Below, piece by piece: positions 45,207-55,008 of a stretch of DNA of 64,000 bases. Below the pieces are notes generated by a model that saw nothing but the letters and a program-made list of their open reading frames with translations, was not told the DNA's origin and made no database searches. How positions within the stretch are numbered: position 1 is the stretch's first letter; each line of letters begins with the position of its first letter. This DNA comes from a virus (Duplodnaviria; Caudoviricetes): IMG/VR virus record IMGVR_UViG_3300029288_000007, positions 27,724-91,723 of that record, one strand, 5' to 3'. The position numbers were made by a program, and so were the translations under genes.

Positions 45207-45253
45207 TTTTTGCTTTCCTCCTTTAAATTATTTTTAGTGAATAGAAATTTTAT

Positions 45254-45751
45254 TTACGGCCCGGGGCCGCCCCGAATAAATTTTAATAGCTTGCCAAAAG
45301 AAACATCTTGAGCAATCAGTAAAAACAAAATGATTAAAAGAATCAATGTGAAAAAAGCCCATGGCAAATTATTGCGCAAAGTGGTCATCTTTTTTCTGAA
45401 CCAACTAAAATCTTCCAATTCCATTAGGCGCTTGTTGAATCTCATTTCCTTAAATTCTTGAATAAAATCTCCCAACTGTTTCATATAAGTTGATTGATTT
45501 TCTTCTATGGCGGTCAATCGTTCAAGGATGTTCGTATTGATATCGCGACATTCATTATGTTTGGCATACAAATCGTTGATTTGTCCTTCGTGAGTCTCCA
45601 CTTTGTCTTTTGCCAATGAAGCTTTCGTTTCTGCATTCGCTAGACGCTCATTAACTCTTTCGTGATGCGGGCATGGCATTGTCTGTGGGGGCATCGCATT
45701 CCTCCTATTTGGAAATTTAATTTCTTCATCTTTTGAACGAATACTGGTCAT
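45254..45751 (-). CDS. coiled-coil membrane protein (lysis-associated)
   Basis: CPHH, coiled coil, C-terminal TM. Confidence 0.6.
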   Translation of the reverse strand: MTSIRSKDEEIKFPNRRNAMPPQTMPCPHHERVNERLANAETKASLAKDKVETHEGQINDLYAKHNECRDINTNILERLTAIEENQSTYMKQLGDFIQEFKEMRFNKRLMELEDFSWFRKKMTTLRNNLPWAFFTLILLIILFLLIAQDVSFGKLLKFIRGGPGP

Positions 45752-45903
45752 TTTGTTTTTTCTTTGTCCTTTTGCAACTGAACTTGAGGTTGAATTTGTC
45801 CATCAATCTCAACAATTAATGGATTGACCTCGATCCATGGTTTAGAAAATAAATACTGCATAATTTTATCAATCGTCTCTTTTTTTAATTTCAAATCTTC
45901 CAT
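45748..45903 (-). CDS. small protein (51 aa, not in ORF track), possible fibre chaperone
   Basis: MEDLKLKKETIDKIMQYLFSKPWIEV; ATGA overlap with next gene. Confidence 0.6.
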   Translation of the reverse strand: MEDLKLKKETIDKIMQYLFSKPWIEVNPLIVEIDGQIQPQVQLQKDKEKTK

Positions 45904-45932
45904 TTCTTTTCCCCTTTCCTTTTTTATTTTTA

Positions 45933-46964
45933 TTATGACGCTACGGCAATGCCGTTGTTTATCAAAGCTGTTCTGATATTATTCAACAAAGTAATCATAG
46001 CATCACGATGAGCCGCCGTGTCAAATGCTCCTGCTGTCGCCCCTGTTCCCCCGGCAGGACACGCAGCACCAATCACTGCAGAACTCTGCGGAGTGGCCGC
46101 ATTGCAACCGAATTTCCCTCCAAGCCGCACGTCACCGCTGCCGGTGTAAATGGCATAATTGTTTGTACCGCCGGAAACGTTGCCGATGTTAATGCCATAA
46201 TTATTAGTAGAAGCACCGGATATTGCTCCAAGGGCTATGCCGTATTTTGTTGTCTGTGTGCCGGACAACGAACCGATACTAATACCTACGGCGAGCGTTC
46301 CTGTTCCGGCCATGGCAGCAACGCTCAGACCGTAACGGTTGGTCATCGTGCCTGTCACTCCGGTATTACTGACGTAGGCGCCATATGCAGTAGTGATCGT
46401 GCCGTCTGCGTCAGCGTTCAGTATTTCAAAATATCCGCCATATGCGATGTTGACAGTGCCGCCGACACCGCACGCATAAATGCCTGCTCTGCCAAAGATG
46501 CCTATCTGACTGTTAAGCGTGCCGCAAAATGATTCTGATCTAATGTAGGCATCTAAACGTATACCACAAAGATAGCCACTGTTGGTTATGCCCGCATCAA
46601 GAGTATAATTAGCCATGAAGATATCATGTCCATAATGATAATGTGTCGCGTTCTTAGTTTCCGAGATCGTCCCGGTGATTTTAGCGATTGCGCCCGTGGC
46701 GTTTGTTATTGTCGCGGTATGATTGGTCGCCAGTTTCTCGCTTTCCAGTTCATCGATAGCATCCTGTACGGTGACGGCTTCCAGCGCACCGGATGGCGTA
46801 TAGGTGAGATAATCGGCGATGATACTTTTCGAGTCAACACCATCATGGTCATGCCCTGTTGATGTATTTTCTATCGCCGCCGCAAGATTCGTTAAATTTG
46901 AATCGAATTCAGTTGCGTTGAGTGGGGAACCTTTTGATGCTCGGGTTACAATTACAATAGCCAT
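45933..46964 (-). CDS. tail fibre / receptor-binding protein
   Basis: TRASKGSPL..EFDSN N-terminus, HDHDG, YGI.IG..SG beta-helix-like repeats, IRTALINNG C-terminus. Confidence 0.75.
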   Translation of the reverse strand: MAIVIVTRASKGSPLNATEFDSNLTNLAAAIENTSTGHDHDGVDSKSIIADYLTYTPSGALEAVTVQDAIDELESEKLATNHTATITNATGAIAKITGTISETKNATHYHYGHDIFMANYTLDAGITNSGYLCGIRLDAYIRSESFCGTLNSQIGIFGRAGIYACGVGGTVNIAYGGYFEILNADADGTITTAYGAYVSNTGVTGTMTNRYGLSVAAMAGTGTLAVGISIGSLSGTQTTKYGIALGAISGASTNNYGINIGNVSGGTNNYAIYTGSGDVRLGGKFGCNAATPQSSAVIGAACPAGGTGATAGAFDTAAHRDAMITLLNNIRTALINNGIAVAS

Positions 46965-46967
46965 GAT

Positions 46968-47198
46968 TTATCCCTCCTTATTTTGCTCCTTTATTTTTAC
47001 TTTTGCTTCTTTTATTTTCTCTTTTATCTCTTCCATTTCTTTGTTTACTTTTTCCAGACCAGCTCTCAATTTCGCATTGTCTTCTGTCAACTGACCAATC
47101 TGTTCGTTGGAGGCAAGTAGTTGCGCATCTCTCTGAGCAATAATTGCCGCCAACATCTGTTCATTCCTTATCTCCTGTACTGTTGTTTTCACTTCCAT
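46968..47198 (-). CDS. small coiled-coil protein
   Basis: Heptad pattern; follows tail tip gene. Confidence 0.6.
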   Translation of the reverse strand: MEVKTTVQEIRNEQMLAAIIAQRDAQLLASNEQIGQLTEDNAKLRAGLEKVNKEMEEIKEKIKEAKVKIKEQNKEG

Positions 47199-47218
47199 TT
47201 CTTTTCCCCTTTCTTTTT

Positions 47219-50200
47219 TTATTGGTCGGCAACTTTTTTCCAAGTTGTCGAACCGTTTGTATTGATGTATAAAACCCCTGCTGATGTAACAAAAAGAGAT
47301 CCTTTAAGAGCAGCATGGCTTGGAGCAGACGCGCTTAATGCCGGGTCTAATACAATCGGAGCGGTTCCCCCATGCGCCCAAACACCATAACAATAAGTTC
47401 CTCCGGCATCATGTGTATCGGCATAAACTCCATAATTGTAATCTCCATTCACCGCATAAAAACGAGCGCCGCAATTTATAAGGTCATTTGCTCCTGCTGA
47501 TTTGGTGGTATAATTCAACCCCTTTAAGGGGTAAGTATATCTATCTGCGGCATTACAATTACAACTCCCTCCCAAATTGATATAAAAAGGAGAAACATTT
47601 GCCGCTACCCCCTCAGTTGCCTCTGCTGCATATACCATTACTTGATAACCTGATGTTTCAGATGCTCCAATAATGAGTTCCGCAACCCCTCCTGAATTGT
47701 AAAAATAAAATTTATTGGTTGAGGATAGGAATTCCAGTCTCTCCCCGGTCGTCCCTGTTTTAATATCGCCCACAACTGTTAAAGTCGTTCCATTCCAATT
47801 CAAATAAGAAGAAGTATCCCCAATATAAAACTTCGGAGTGGTGCCACTCAAACCAAGAATAAATCCTTCCTCTGTATTGTCAAATTTTGTTTTTCCGCAA
47901 GCGATATATGAGTTACTCCCGGCCAGGGTTATTGTTTGTGATGTTATAGTCCCTGATGTCAATTTTGTTGCTGATAAATCCGTAATTTTCGCACTGGTAA
48001 TCGTAGCGTCTTTGATTTGGGCAGTGTATTTAATATAAATTTCATCTGCGGCAAGGGAATCTGCGATAATCGAACCGTCAAGAATAAGGTCTCCATTTAT
48101 TCCTACCGCAGTATTGCCTTCAATTGTTCCAACAGTAAATACAGCTTTTGGAGCTAAAGTATCCGAGTTGTTTACTACCATAAATTTCTCAGCAACTATG
48201 ACAAATTCTGAAGGCGTGCTGTCGCTCAGCATCAATCCAAACCCGGCCACCCGATTATTGACATTTAACTTGACGGTATATTGAGAAAGTAAACCGGCTG
48301 TAATTTCTGTCCAATATACCGATGGAGTCCCGGGGGTTTTATTTAACGCGGTTTTAATACAGCGATAAAATTTGGTAGAGTATAATACAATATCTCCCGG
48401 GGAATAAGTGGTTGCCGCGCTATATGTCGGTGCTGAATTTGTATCATATACCTCCAACCTATTTTCCAAAGCGGCCACCCTCAAATACCCGTTGGCATCT
48501 TCCTGGTCGGTTTCATAGCTGGTTGTTGCCAGCTTGCCAAGAATGCTTGCCCATGTTCCTTCTTGCCCGGCAGTGATATCTTCCTGGGCTGTTGACATAC
48601 TGGAATTTAAACTGCTGATGGAAGCAGCATGAGATTCAATGCTTGCAGAATTTTCATCAACCATTATCCCAATTGCTGCTATATTGGAAACAGCGTCATC
48701 AAGGTCTGTCTTTGCTGCTTTCAATAAAATCAAACCTTCCGCCGCGTCGATATCTATCTCAGCGGTTGATATTCTGCCTGTAAGCCCTTCAATCAGAGAA
48801 GTGTGTAAAGAAATGCTTGATTCAATTCCCATAATATCGATTGCTGCCTCGGATATCCGACAATCAACCCCGATAATATCTCCTATATCAAAAACTACAA
48901 CGCCATCTTCAACGATGGTCTCGGAAGAAAGTAAAGCAATATCTCCAATAATAGCTGTTGAATATAAAGAAATAGAATCTGTTGCTATCTCTAATTCATT
49001 CATTAAGGCAACAAATTGGTCTGAGAAAGGACTTTCTTCCCAGTACTCCGCATCAGTCGGCAGAGGGGCCGGGGTAAAATCAATTGTCTTGATACATTTG
49101 TATGAATCTCCTTCATACATGACATAATCATTCGTGGCGTAGCTGCTGGCTGTATCAAAATCAGGTAAAAATAAATTTGTAAAAGCATCGAAATCGGTTT
49201 GCAAAACCCGGAGAGCAATATCTCCGCTGTGTTGGTCAATCGTGCTTTCTGCCAAAGACACCCTATTATCAAGAGCATTAAAAGTCGCCATTGTTACCGT
49301 ATTAATAATTTGCCCTTCGAGAGTGTCCACTCGGGTTTCAACTTCAGTTAATAAAGTGATAACAGAATCAAATTCTTCCCAATAAGCAACATCTGACCCA
49401 GGAGTCTTTACCGTTGGATAGGAATAAGCTTGAATACAACGATAAACCTTCTCGTCATAGGTGACATAATTTCCGATGACATAAGAGCCAGTAGCGCTCC
49501 ATGGCGATGTAGTCAATCCTGCTATTTCCCCCATCATTGCCGTTATGTCATTGGCGGCTGAAGAGGCAAATTCTAACAAAGTATCAATATTTTCTTTGTG
49601 AGAAAGAGCAAGGTCAAATAATCCTGAATAGGCCCCTGCCATCCCTGTAATAATGTCATCTTCTTCAAAAAGGTCATCTTCAACAACAAAAGTTTGTTGG
49701 TCTATCCAATCTATTCTTCCGTTCAAAGTACTGGTCAATTCATCTTCTGATATATTGCCAGTAAGAATTGTCAAATAATCTTCTGGATCCGTGGAAGTCT
49801 GTCCAACCGTCCCACCGGTTGCTGACGTGGCATACCAATCGCCAAGATTGCCAAAAATATCTTTTGTTCTTACCCAATAATATTTTATGTCAATTAAATC
49901 CAATCCACTGTGAGTCCAAACCGGAGATAAGGATTCTCCAACTTTAATGGCATCTTCTCTATTATTTGTATCTGAAGCCCATATTTCAATGCAACTAAAT
50001 CCTACAAAATCAACATAGGTAATTTCCAATTTTATTGCGTATGTCAATCCTGTTGCGACAATGCCTGTTGGAGTAGTTCCTTCTATAATTGATAAAGAAG
50101 TCGTTGCAGTCGATGAACTATTTCCACATACGTCTGTGGCGCTCACGCTAAACTCTTTTGAACCAGACCAATCGACTCTCTCTGAATATGTTTGAGCATT

Positions 50201-53200
50201 AATCGCCACCCCATTAACTGTATAATAAGCTATCGGAAGAGAAGTGGTACAGTCTGCCCAAGACAATACTGCCAATTCTCCAACGGTGTCAATAGTCAAA
50301 GAAGGAGTGTCTGGGACTTCAACAGTTATCGAGGCAGAAGCAGTAGGAGCGCTTTCTCCTCCCCTTGTAACTGCGCATAACGTAAAATTATATGTTCCTG
50401 CTGTTAACAATCCCGAATAGACATATTGATTGCCATTGTAATTTGTAATCACAGCAGTACCATTTAAATAAATAGTATGACCAATAATTGTGACATCTGC
50501 TGGCTTTGTCCAACTGAGAACTATTGTCTGCCCGATTAAATATGCCGTCAGACCTTCTGGAGTTGTAGGCTTGGCCGCAATCGCGTGACCAGTGACAGTT
50601 AAAGATACCGTAATACCATCTTCCGGGTTTGTCGTATGGCTAACACAAAAAGTATAGTTGGAACTGCCCGGTGGCAATTTATCTATCCGATAAAATGGAG
50701 TACTGGTCGTCCCTGCATAAATATATCTTGAACTTGTAGATATCTTATAAAAAACATACCATGCAGTGGCAAATCCAGTCCATGATAAGTGAATATCTGT
50801 ATCTGGACTTCCATTCCATTGTTGGACTTCAACAGCCTTTAAATGAGATTCATACGTTGGTTCTTCAGGTTCTTCTGGGGGTTCAAGAGTTCCGTTATCA
50901 ACATAAATATCGGGATTGTATTCCAAACAAATTAATTTTCTTGTAAGGTCTCCGGCCCGGGTTGTTCTGATTAAACGAAATGATTTTGTCAAAGAATCGC
51001 TTGACGTCAAAACCCATTTATCATGTAAAACAGGAACTGTATCAAAAGTACCAACTATTCCCAAGGAAGACGTTTCTGTTATATCTCCAACAGTTGCCAA
51101 AGTATATTCATGAATGACATCGTCTATAATTGTTTGGGTCTTTAAAGTATACGTTGTTTCAGGAAGAAGAGTTATGGTTTTGTCCACAACAATTGTACTT
51201 GCCGAAGCAGAAAGAACGCGGCCCCCGTCTCCCCACAAAGTAACATCATGTTGGACTTCAATCACATCCCATGGCATACAAGCAAGAGCATCGATATCTG
51301 TATCAAAAGTTGCAGTAATGGTTTGCAACCTGTTGCAATTCAAAGCAAAATTTCCATGGCATAATGCTTCTTCTCTGGACGTGCATCCTCTCAAAGTTAC
51401 TTGTGATTTCTTGACCTCTGTAGTCATCGAATCAAAATCAATCGCATGAATTTCCAAGGTCTTCTGCTTATAATCATCATCTTTGTCCCAATAAGTCACA
51501 TCGACTGCGTTTGCTCTATCGACCATTGGCATATATTCTAATTGAAAAGATTTGGCCGCAATATTGGAAACATTAAACAAAAATGATTGAGTCGGAGTGT
51601 CTTCTAATTTATCAATAAAACAAGTAAAATAACTTCCTTGTTGAACTGTATTTCCTCTCCCCAAAGCCCCTATCATATTCAAGGTTTCTCGAAGATTAAA
51701 TGCTTCGTCAATATATAAATTGCATTTAAAACTTACTGAAGAGGCAACTCCCGTTGTCATATAATGAGTATCGCAATTATTTGCCCATGCAAGAAAATCA
51801 GCATAAATCATTTTGCTATAAGAAATTCCGCCTCCATATCTAGCATTATGCAAAACATCGTAAGATGCCCATGCCGGATTGCTGGCAGACTTGCTGACAT
51901 ATGCAGAACCATTCCACACCTGAACAGTTGAGCGAGTAGCAATAAAAGAAACAATTGGCATTCCCCCAGACAATTTGTCTGTTGCCAAGGCCCTTAAAGC
52001 AAGTAAAGAAGACCCGGGATACGAGAAATCATCATAAATAATTGATTCAACATAATCAAAATAAACCACATTGAAATGACGAGTGCTATTTGACGGACAA
52101 ACTCCATTTGCATACCTTGCCCGGACTTGATATTCGCCCGCAGGAATTCTATCGACATAAAAGACCCTTCTCATAGCGGTCGTTCTTTCTTCGCTAAAAG
52201 AGATATAATTATTGACAAGGGTGTCGGCATTTTGGACAGTGTCATCAACGGCAACCCAATGCCATTCATGTCTCATTCTGTCGTGACCATCATTGATATA
52301 TACATATGGCTTGCCGGCGTAAATTTCCCCTTCTTCATAGGCATTTGGATCTGTTGAACCCTCTTCAAGAGTTGTCCAATCGTCATGATGCCAATAACCG
52401 GCAACCCAACGCGCTTCTGTGACCACTTGATCTGTTGCTTCATAAGTTGATATGGCTGTCCAGACTACATCGCCTACCTTTTTATATTGGACTTCAATAT
52501 CAACTTCTTCTGTGCTTAATCCTCCGTCATTGTGGGTGTGGTATAATCCGTAAGGAAAACTAAAAGCGATCCCTAACCCTTCAATGGCGGCACCATCTGC
52601 ATCAACCGTGACCCAATCATTTTCACAAGCGGTCCAATAAGCCCCTTCTTCAGGAGTAACATCGCTACAATTTTGAATACACTCCCATGCCTGGTCGCTA
52701 TGCGAAACTTTATTCCCAACTACATAGCTTTCATCGTCATCGTAATCTGCTATTTTTGGTAACACTACTCCGCAAGCTTTGGTTGTTCTTGTATCATTGA
52801 AATATTGCAATGGTTTTTGATTTGTCGTCCCGTAGCGGACTTCCCAATCAATAAAATTATCCGCATCTGCATTTTTAACAACAGAATTGCCATTAATTAG
52901 CATACTTGTATTATCGATAGAAGTAATAGCGTGGTCTGCAATGGCATAAAGAACATTTAGATATTGTTTATCATCGACCACCTCTATGTATTTTGCAAGA
53001 ATTGGAGGAGTAATCCTCATTGTTCCATACAAAACAGGCCATACAACCCCTTCTTTATTTATATTTGCTGGAGCATCCCATGAATATGTTGCAGATTCAC
53101 TTTTTTCTTTTTCTGTATCTAAAGGGCAAAGAGCATTAATTAATAAATTCCCGGCCACTGAAATCGCCATACCCACTGCGGAACCAACCGCCAACGATCC

Positions 53201-53584
53201 CCAAGTTGCAGCATTACCTGCACCAACGATCCATCCTCCGGCCCCTCCAACGTACCAAGTTGCCACGGCAGCCACAATTGTAACCACCAATTGCAAAATC
53301 ATTCTTCCTGTATTCTTGCCTCCGCCGCCTCCCCCTTGAGGAACGGCACAGAGAACAACATTTCCTTTGGGGTAAATAAGAGAATAATCAAAATCTTGAG
53401 GGACTATCTCCCCATTAATTGCTGCTACATAAAAACAATTATCGTACGGACTTCTGACCAAATCAATACATTCTTTTAAAGATACATTGGCAGGGATTGA
53501 ATGAAATTCCCGACTATTGATTGCATCAAACGGATTTACAATATTTACTAAATTGATATTTGGTCTTTCTATTAATCCAACCAT
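47219..53584 (-). CDS. tail tip / host-specificity protein (gpI-gpJ-like fusion) with FN3 and four CBM-like repeats
   Basis: VPQGGGG, PVLYGT, SNPAW, FN3 LSWT motifs, VAGFGL..SEF...AEKF; four Y..G(N/D).V.Y....Y.C-type repeats. Confidence 0.9.
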   Translation of the reverse strand: MVGLIERPNINLVNIVNPFDAINSREFHSIPANVSLKECIDLVRSPYDNCFYVAAINGEIVPQDFDYSLIYPKGNVVLCAVPQGGGGGGKNTGRMILQLVVTIVAAVATWYVGGAGGWIVGAGNAATWGSLAVGSAVGMAISVAGNLLINALCPLDTEKEKSESATYSWDAPANINKEGVVWPVLYGTMRITPPILAKYIEVVDDKQYLNVLYAIADHAITSIDNTSMLINGNSVVKNADADNFIDWEVRYGTTNQKPLQYFNDTRTTKACGVVLPKIADYDDDESYVVGNKVSHSDQAWECIQNCSDVTPEEGAYWTACENDWVTVDADGAAIEGLGIAFSFPYGLYHTHNDGGLSTEEVDIEVQYKKVGDVVWTAISTYEATDQVVTEARWVAGYWHHDDWTTLEEGSTDPNAYEEGEIYAGKPYVYINDGHDRMRHEWHWVAVDDTVQNADTLVNNYISFSEERTTAMRRVFYVDRIPAGEYQVRARYANGVCPSNSTRHFNVVYFDYVESIIYDDFSYPGSSLLALRALATDKLSGGMPIVSFIATRSTVQVWNGSAYVSKSASNPAWASYDVLHNARYGGGISYSKMIYADFLAWANNCDTHYMTTGVASSVSFKCNLYIDEAFNLRETLNMIGALGRGNTVQQGSYFTCFIDKLEDTPTQSFLFNVSNIAAKSFQLEYMPMVDRANAVDVTYWDKDDDYKQKTLEIHAIDFDSMTTEVKKSQVTLRGCTSREEALCHGNFALNCNRLQTITATFDTDIDALACMPWDVIEVQHDVTLWGDGGRVLSASASTIVVDKTITLLPETTYTLKTQTIIDDVIHEYTLATVGDITETSSLGIVGTFDTVPVLHDKWVLTSSDSLTKSFRLIRTTRAGDLTRKLICLEYNPDIYVDNGTLEPPEEPEEPTYESHLKAVEVQQWNGSPDTDIHLSWTGFATAWYVFYKISTSSRYIYAGTTSTPFYRIDKLPPGSSNYTFCVSHTTNPEDGITVSLTVTGHAIAAKPTTPEGLTAYLIGQTIVLSWTKPADVTIIGHTIYLNGTAVITNYNGNQYVYSGLLTAGTYNFTLCAVTRGGESAPTASASITVEVPDTPSLTIDTVGELAVLSWADCTTSLPIAYYTVNGVAINAQTYSERVDWSGSKEFSVSATDVCGNSSSTATTSLSIIEGTTPTGIVATGLTYAIKLEITYVDFVGFSCIEIWASDTNNREDAIKVGESLSPVWTHSGLDLIDIKYYWVRTKDIFGNLGDWYATSATGGTVGQTSTDPEDYLTILTGNISEDELTSTLNGRIDWIDQQTFVVEDDLFEEDDIITGMAGAYSGLFDLALSHKENIDTLLEFASSAANDITAMMGEIAGLTTSPWSATGSYVIGNYVTYDEKVYRCIQAYSYPTVKTPGSDVAYWEEFDSVITLLTEVETRVDTLEGQIINTVTMATFNALDNRVSLAESTIDQHSGDIALRVLQTDFDAFTNLFLPDFDTASSYATNDYVMYEGDSYKCIKTIDFTPAPLPTDAEYWEESPFSDQFVALMNELEIATDSISLYSTAIIGDIALLSSETIVEDGVVVFDIGDIIGVDCRISEAAIDIMGIESSISLHTSLIEGLTGRISTAEIDIDAAEGLILLKAAKTDLDDAVSNIAAIGIMVDENSASIESHAASISSLNSSMSTAQEDITAGQEGTWASILGKLATTSYETDQEDANGYLRVAALENRLEVYDTNSAPTYSAATTYSPGDIVLYSTKFYRCIKTALNKTPGTPSVYWTEITAGLLSQYTVKLNVNNRVAGFGLMLSDSTPSEFVIVAEKFMVVNNSDTLAPKAVFTVGTIEGNTAVGINGDLILDGSIIADSLAADEIYIKYTAQIKDATITSAKITDLSATKLTSGTITSQTITLAGSNSYIACGKTKFDNTEEGFILGLSGTTPKFYIGDTSSYLNWNGTTLTVVGDIKTGTTGERLEFLSSTNKFYFYNSGGVAELIIGASETSGYQVMVYAAEATEGVAANVSPFYINLGGSCNCNAADRYTYPLKGLNYTTKSAGANDLINCGARFYAVNGDYNYGVYADTHDAGGTYCYGVWAHGGTAPIVLDPALSASAPSHAALKGSLFVTSAGVLYINTNGSTTWKKVADQ

Positions 53585-54021
53585 TTATAAAATCCTTTTA
53601 TCTTTCGTCGCCAATATCTATCGTCAATTCGAGAAATGATGACGCCCGGTTCTTCTAGGATATGAATAAATTTCCCCTCTCCGATGTAAACTCCAAGATG
53701 TTGTATTTTGTCTGGTTTAAAAGAATCGATCGCCATTGTTACTGCACATCCTTCAATTGGTTCGTCAATTTTTTGCCAATGACCACTTTTCAATTCCTTT
53801 TCGATGGAAGAACAATCAATATCTGTATAAGGATATTGTTCTCTTGCAAGAGCTGCAACAACTTCTTCCACCGCCAGCATCTCTATATTTCCAACCTGCA
53901 CTTTATTCCCAAAAATATTCATTGCTTCAACAAACAAACTTTTGCAATCAAGCCCATTCTGGGGGTCTGTTCCTCCACGCTGATATTTTGCTTTACAAAG
54001 CTCATGTAATGTCAAACCCAC
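53572..54021 (-). CDS. NlpC/P60 tail protein (gpK-like)
   Basis: GLDC, HLGVYIGEGKFIH. Confidence 0.88.
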   Translation of the reverse strand: MGLTLHELCKAKYQRGGTDPQNGLDCKSLFVEAMNIFGNKVQVGNIEMLAVEEVVAALAREQYPYTDIDCSSIEKELKSGHWQKIDEPIEGCAVTMAIDSFKPDKIQHLGVYIGEGKFIHILEEPGVIISRIDDRYWRRKIKGFYKWLD

Positions 54022-54667
54022 TTTGTCCTACCCCCGGCGCGTTACCGAATCTTTCTGAATTATTTCTTGCCCTGCATTGAATCAATGTATGGTCGCAAGT
54101 TGCAATGGCTCCTGAATATCCGCAAAGACCATCCGAACCTTTAAAAATATATCGACAATGATTTCTCAAAATTCTATTTTGGGGAAATCTTTTTAAATAA
54201 GGGTTACTGGCCGACAAAACAAAAGTTGCCCATCGAGAATCGCACTTTGGCTGTTTTAATTCAAATTCATGGTCAACCTCTGGAGCAGCTGTTGCATCTG
54301 CCGCGATTACTTTTGTATTGATTATACAAATAGAAACTGTGATAGGAGAATATCCATTTGCCTTAACATAATCATCATAATATTGAATGTAAACATCCAT
54401 TGCTCTACTGATATTGCTTACTTTAACGTCAACCCGGGGGATTTCCCCTGTAGAATTATCGGTAATTTCTTCTATCTCAAAAGGGAATGAAACATAACTC
54501 GCTGGACTGGAATCTGATGGATGTTGCCAGGAAATATTCTCTGAATTGTGGACAAGTCTTAAAGGTTCTTCAATCCCGGGAACGACTATTCTTAAACAAA
54601 CAAGAAAAACGCTGTCTGTTGCAAGTTTATTTTTTTCCTCAATAGCGATATTGCTAAAATTTAACAT
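54002..54667 (-). CDS. minor tail protein L-like
   Basis: CRY.FK...CGY...CDHTLIQC. Confidence 0.85.
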   Translation of the reverse strand: MLNFSNIAIEEKNKLATDSVFLVCLRIVVPGIEEPLRLVHNSENISWQHPSDSSPASYVSFPFEIEEITDNSTGEIPRVDVKVSNISRAMDVYIQYYDDYVKANGYSPITVSICIINTKVIAADATAAPEVDHEFELKQPKCDSRWATFVLSASNPYLKRFPQNRILRNHCRYIFKGSDGLCGYSGAIATCDHTLIQCRARNNSERFGNAPGVGQSGFDIT

Positions 54668-55008
54668 TACAATTCCTCTATTGGCAATGTCACATTTTCT
54701 CTTGTATTTGGATATTTGCCAACTTTGCCTTTTAATTCATCCGAAGAAAAAACACAAGTATAAACAGACAACGAAACTGGATGAGTCCACGTAAAACTCA
54801 AGCCTTGATTTGCTTTAAAAAAAGTCAAAAGAGATTGATAATCCGTTTCAGACAACGTGTTCCAAACCAAAGTCCATTTAGACCGATCCCTGGTCGCCGT
54901 CTTGCGCGTTTGAACATAATTGTTTTCAAACTCTGTTTTTATTTTCGGCAAATAAACGACTTCTTCCAATCCTCTCGATGGATTTGCAATTGAAGGGAAC
55001 GCTGACAT
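54667..55008 (-). CDS. distal tail protein (gpM-like)
   Basis: FENNYVQTR, FTWTHP; follows tape measure. Confidence 0.8.
   Translation of the reverse strand: MSAFPSIANPSRGLEEVVYLPKIKTEFENNYVQTRKTATRDRSKWTLVWNTLSETDYQSLLTFFKANQGLSFTWTHPVSLSVYTCVFSSDELKGKVGKYPNTRENVTLPIEEL

Noticed and set aside
45933-53584. Diversity-generating retroelement acting on tail fibres
   Set aside because: No reverse transcriptase and no TR/VR pair with adenine-specific mismatches seen in the window
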